From positions 55,182,001 through 55,246,000 of the forward strand of contig NW_024704742.1 of NCBI RefSeq assembly GCF_018977255.1: a DNA stretch of 64,000 nucleotides, given 5' to 3'. Below are positions 60,062-64,000 of the stretch, in pieces. Under the pieces are notes generated by a model. That model saw nothing but the letters and a program-made list of their open reading frames with translations, made no database searches and was not told the origin of the DNA. The first letter of the stretch is position 1. Each line of letters opens with the position of its first letter. The position numbers were made by a program, and so were the translations under genes. This DNA comes from Callorhinchus milii (Eukaryota).

Positions 60062-60799
60062 GTTGCAGAGGTGGAGGAAAGCTGAACAGGGCAGAGAACG
60101 GATGTGGAAATTAAACGGCAGTTGAGAGTTGAAGGTTCCACACTGGCGCTGTGAGGTGGAGGCTGCATTCGTGTAGATTGATGTTATTGGTTCCTGAGGT
60201 GAGATGACTACTGCATTATGAAACTGTTTTAGGCACATAAATATAAAAACAGTCAAAACTTTTTCATCCACATTTATGACAGGATTTTCAGTAATGGACA
60301 GACATTTACCTCAGCAACCAGACTATTACCAAGAAATATGATAAACTATCTGGTTCAAATAGCTGCTAGCTTTAACAGCCAAATAGTTACTAACATTGCT
60401 CTTTGCTGTTTCTTAACCCTGAGCACCCTGAGGGCAAAACATTGTATCACAGGTTTTTCTGATTCTGAAGGATGTTTCGTTACTGTAGTACGTCTCTGCT
60501 CGACCTCCTGGCATGATGGATGAACACTACTTATTCTTTGCTCGTCATTAAACTTGTTTGGACCACCTGCCGAACATTGCATTTGGAGAAAATGGTATTC
60601 AACCACTTTCCTTGCAGATCTGTTTCTTCATGCATTGTTAGTTGAGTGCATGATTTTTTGTGGTGAACACTGCTGTCATCCTGATGTTCCACTTCAATAA
60701 TGAATACCTTTCATTTCCTCTACAATATTAATTTTCTGATCAGCATGTCTGGATTCTTCTTGCCGTTTCAAAAAAATCATTTTCTCCATGCTAAGATTT

Positions 60800-61163
60800 T
60801 AATAATAATAATAATCCTTGCGTTTGATATGGCGCCTTATCAAGTCTTCGAGATGTCTCAAATTGCTTCACAGAGTATATTGTAAAGTGAATTGACTGTG
60901 TATTTTGTGAACAAAATGCGGCAGCCATTTACGCACAGCAGTGTCTCACAAACAGTCATGGATTGAGTGACAATTTATTATTTTTTTTAAGGAATTATTA
61001 CCCCCAGAAAAGTGATCCGCCAATCCACTAACAACCGGGTTCCGACTTACTGCTAGGTAAACAGGCGTGTGGAGTAAGGAAGCTTGGCCAACATTTCACC
61101 CTCCCGGGAATTGAACCCAAGTCTCTCCTTGCGAGGCGTGTGTTCCAACCACTACAGGACTCC
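60800..61163 (-). mobile_element. Full-length tRNA-headed CORE-like SINE
   Basis: (AAT)n tail at 60800-60815; head ends ...ctacaggactcc at 61163. Confidence 0.88.
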
Positions 61164-62069
61164 ACAATCCTAGTCAAGTAGAAATAGGAATCTCGAATTA
61201 GATACTCCCGACCTAAACTGTGATTATTGCTGCCGAGCTCTGCTTAGTTGGTTTAACTCCCAAGGGTTGTGATTTATTGGTGCTACTAATCAGAAAATTC
61301 TGCAGTAGCTGAATGCTTTGGTTGACAAATAGAACCATAGACATATACAGCACAGAAGGTGTCTATTTGGTCCATCGTGCCTGCACCTGGCTCTTCTGCA
61401 CCTCTCCTTAATCCCATTCTCCAGCCTGTTCACTGTATACTTCTTTATTTCTCCTTTTCAGAGAAACTGCATAAAGTATTTTAACAATTAGGGCCTGGAC
61501 AACTATGTTGCAAGAATAAACGATTTGAAGAAAAGAATATTTCAGAAAATCATGATTTTGTGCTACAAGTTCTTAGAGAGCAGCTACAATTTTGATTTCG
61601 TCTCTTATTCCTCTACAAATTTTGTTGAGTCAGCCTGACTTGGTTAGTAGCACTTTTGCTTCTGAGTAAGAAGTTTGTGGGTTAAAGCTGCACATCTCAT
61701 ATTGTTTATGGCAGGGTGGTCCAATCTTTTGGGCAGGATCCCCTACTTGCGGGCTGCATAAGCAATATTTTGTGTTTCCCTTCCAAAAACATTTACACAG
61801 CACCTTGTTCATGTTGGACATCTTGACACTGTCGGCTGGGCACCTTAGCTGGAGGTGGGAGCCGAGAGAGGTGGGATGGGGAAGGGAAAAGGTGACAGAA
61901 AGCGTGGTCATAGAGTTAGCTTGTAATGTGCCTTAAAAGAGGGGAGGGAGGGATTCTGAGGGACTTCAGGAATGGAACTCCAGAGAGAGGGCACGTTACT
62001 CTGTGTCTGCCCTCGATCCCCCTTGGTGGGAAACTGATCGTCGGTCCTGTTAGTGAACCACGAAACACT

Positions 62070-62585
62070 GCCTTCAATTCCCCTTTCTCTCTCGGCTCTC
62101 CCCCCTCTCCCTCATTCTTCTTCTCCCTCAATCACTCTCTCTACCCTCTCTTACGTACTCTTTCACACACACTCTCTTCTCTCACACGTTCTCTCAATTT
62201 CTCTCTCACTCCCCTTCTCACACCCTCTCACATTCTCTCTTCCCTCTCCCACTCCATCTCCCCTTCTCAATCACTCTCTCCCTCTATCCCTCTCTCTCAA
62301 TCTCTCTTCCTTCCCCCCTCACATAATCTCTCTCTCACTCCCCTTTCTTACCTCTCTTTCACACACATACTACACACATACTATCTCCCCACTCTTCCTC
62401 CCCCCTCACTCTCACACTCACACTCTTTCCCACCCCCCCACTCTCACATTCCCCCTCTCTCAATCTCTGCTCTCTTCCTCTCTTGCTTCCGCCCCCCATC
62501 ACAGTCTCTTTCTCCTCCTTTCTTACTTCTCTTTCACACTCATACTATCTCCCCCTTCCCCATCCCTCCTCCACTCCTCCCCCAC
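62070..62585. repeat. CT-rich polypyrimidine low-complexity tract
   Basis: Direct reading; almost no G on the + strand for ~500 bp. Confidence 0.9.
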
Positions 62586-63269
62586 TAGAGACTGTAAGCT
62601 CAAAATCCTGACACAGGACACACCTGCTTTAACATATAACCTTCTGAGTCAAAAATACTACCGACTGAGTCAGTCTTAAATATTATAAAATCATTTAAAT
62701 TATTAGAGGTTCTTTGTTTTGTTGGGTACACACATGTGTAATGTTCTGCTATTCTAAATAAGTGAAACTTAAGTCTGAAACAATGTTTTTTGCAATCGCT
62801 ATGTGCAGAATTCTACCAGTTAATTTAAATATAAATAATATTTGTATGTGTTTGTATGGTAAACCACCGCATTGCACAGGATTGGTATTCTGAAACAAAA
62901 GTGGTCACATTTCCCAATATGTTAAGTTTACTCTCTACAGGTTATTTTTGTCTCATGCCCCCTTGTGAGGCTCATTGGAAGGAAAAAAACAGCAAGCTCT
63001 ATGGACCAAATTACCTGTTGCTATGCTGTAATACTCTATGATTTTACAGGTTAAAATTTATACTTTCAAATATTTGGAATGAACGATCAGAATTGTAATT
63101 TATATTGAGCATTTCACAGATGGAGAAATAAACCCTATGTCTGTGGGTTCGGATCTGATCCAACTCCCCCCCAACAATTTTTTTTTGAAAAACTGAACCA
63201 GTTTCTGGGAAAATCAATGATCCGTAGAGAGGAGCAGTTGAGTGCATAATAAAAAAAGCGAAGTTGTTC

Positions 63270-63945
63270 CGGGTGTGAATGTGAATAACCGGCAGAGCGA
63301 TGCTGGTGGTCGCAGTGTTTGATCTCCGGGTGGTGGAGGCGGTGGCACTACCCGGAAGTTTGCCTCAGGTTCAGCCTGAAATGGTGGCGGGCGGCGGCGG
63401 CGGCTACTGCGCCTGCGTGCACCGCCCCCCCCACCCCCCCCTCTTCCGGTTCCGTCTCTATGGTTTCAGTAACGGCTCCATTAGCGGAGGCGAGGAGTTA
63501 CTGGTCACGGTTGTGGGGTTAACGCGGGAGAAGCCCCGCAAAGCCCGGCAACTGGAGGCCGCTCGGCCGCGACCGTTACTGGCTCTCAGTCACACACACA
63601 GAGAGAGAGGGCGGCGGCGAGTGACGGACGAGCTGTGACCGGGGATCCATTCCTCTCGATGTTGGCGGCTGCGCTGCCCCCGTTACGCAGGTACCAGTTG
63701 GGCTGAGGGAGGGAGTCCGGGGGCCCGCGGGGCCGCTTCTCAACGGCTTTGTCGGTCCGCCTTCTGTGCGAGGGCCCGGGTTTGTCGGCGGGAGGGCGGG
63801 TTCGCTGTCGCCCAGTGCTCCCGCCGCCGCCGCTCAGGCGGGAGCCGCGCTTTGGCCTCGGCCCCACACGGGCGGTTTGGGGAAAGGTCTTGTTCTGCTT
63901 TCCGCGCCCTCCCGCTCCAAACTGTCCCAAACTCCACCGTGTTGG
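63270..63945 (+). promoter_or_regulatory. CpG-island promoter 2 with candidate first exon ending at 63690
   Basis: Dense CpG; ETS/GABP CCGGAAGT 63352-63359 and CTTCCGG 63443-63449; NRF1-type TGCGCCTGCGTG 63408-63419; RFX-like GTCTCTATGG/GTTTCAGTAAC 63454-63473; donor CAG|GTACCA at 63691. Confidence 0.75.
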
Positions 63946-64000
63946 GAAAAACATACTTCCTTCCATTGGATTCTTTCCCGTGACAATTCATCCTTCGATG

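Noticed and set aside
60505..60690. Box C/D snoRNA candidates (ATGATGG, ATGATTT...CTGA)
   Set aside because: Neither C box matches RTGATGA and I could not recognise an rRNA-complementary guide
61926..62679. 220-aa and 208-aa Ser/Leu/Pro-rich ORFs
   Set aside because: Translations of the CT-rich low-complexity tract plus an L2 remnant
63250..63390. Minus-strand hairpins (TCCGGGTAGTG/CACCACCCGGA; TCAGG/CCTGA) ending in T7, suggesting a Pol III RNA; GTTACGCAGG and CCACACGGG further right recall RNase MRP RNA
   Set aside because: No A/B boxes or PSE/TATA seen; the hairpin is explained by two inverted ETS-like sites; the MRP-like words are ~175 nt apart, far more than in RMRP as I recall it. An Rfam/Infernal scan would settle it

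Overview
Repeat-rich, AT-rich vertebrate genomic DNA, most likely from a cartilaginous fish and possibly a chimaera (inferred from the SINE/LINE families). The only protein-coding gene I can reconstruct is an intact fibrinogen-like 1 (FGL1/hepassocin) on the minus strand. It has 7 coding exons at 30357-39410, all with GT-AG junctions, which join in frame into 954 nt encoding 317 aa (signal peptide, coiled coil, fibrinogen C-terminal domain). The conserved vertebrate order is MTUS1(-)-FGL1(-)-PCM1(+). On that basis the left ~15 kb probably holds non-coding 5' exons of MTUS1, and one of two CpG-island promoters (56.4-56.9 kb, 63.3-63.9 kb) is probably PCM1. No coding exon of either gene is visible. 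The rest is a 5'-truncated CR1 LINE with a nested L2, many L2 fragments, two tRNA-derived SINE families with L2-type tails, an unclassified ~550-bp repeat (5 co-oriented copies), minisatellites and microsatellites. I found no convincing new biological system. The best leads are an unexplained second promoter with a possible spliced non-coding transcript between the islands, a higher-order 21-bp array of RFX-like half-sites, the unclassified repeat family, tail-primed L2 insertions, local templated insertions and a tail-to-tail SINE hairpin inside FGL1.
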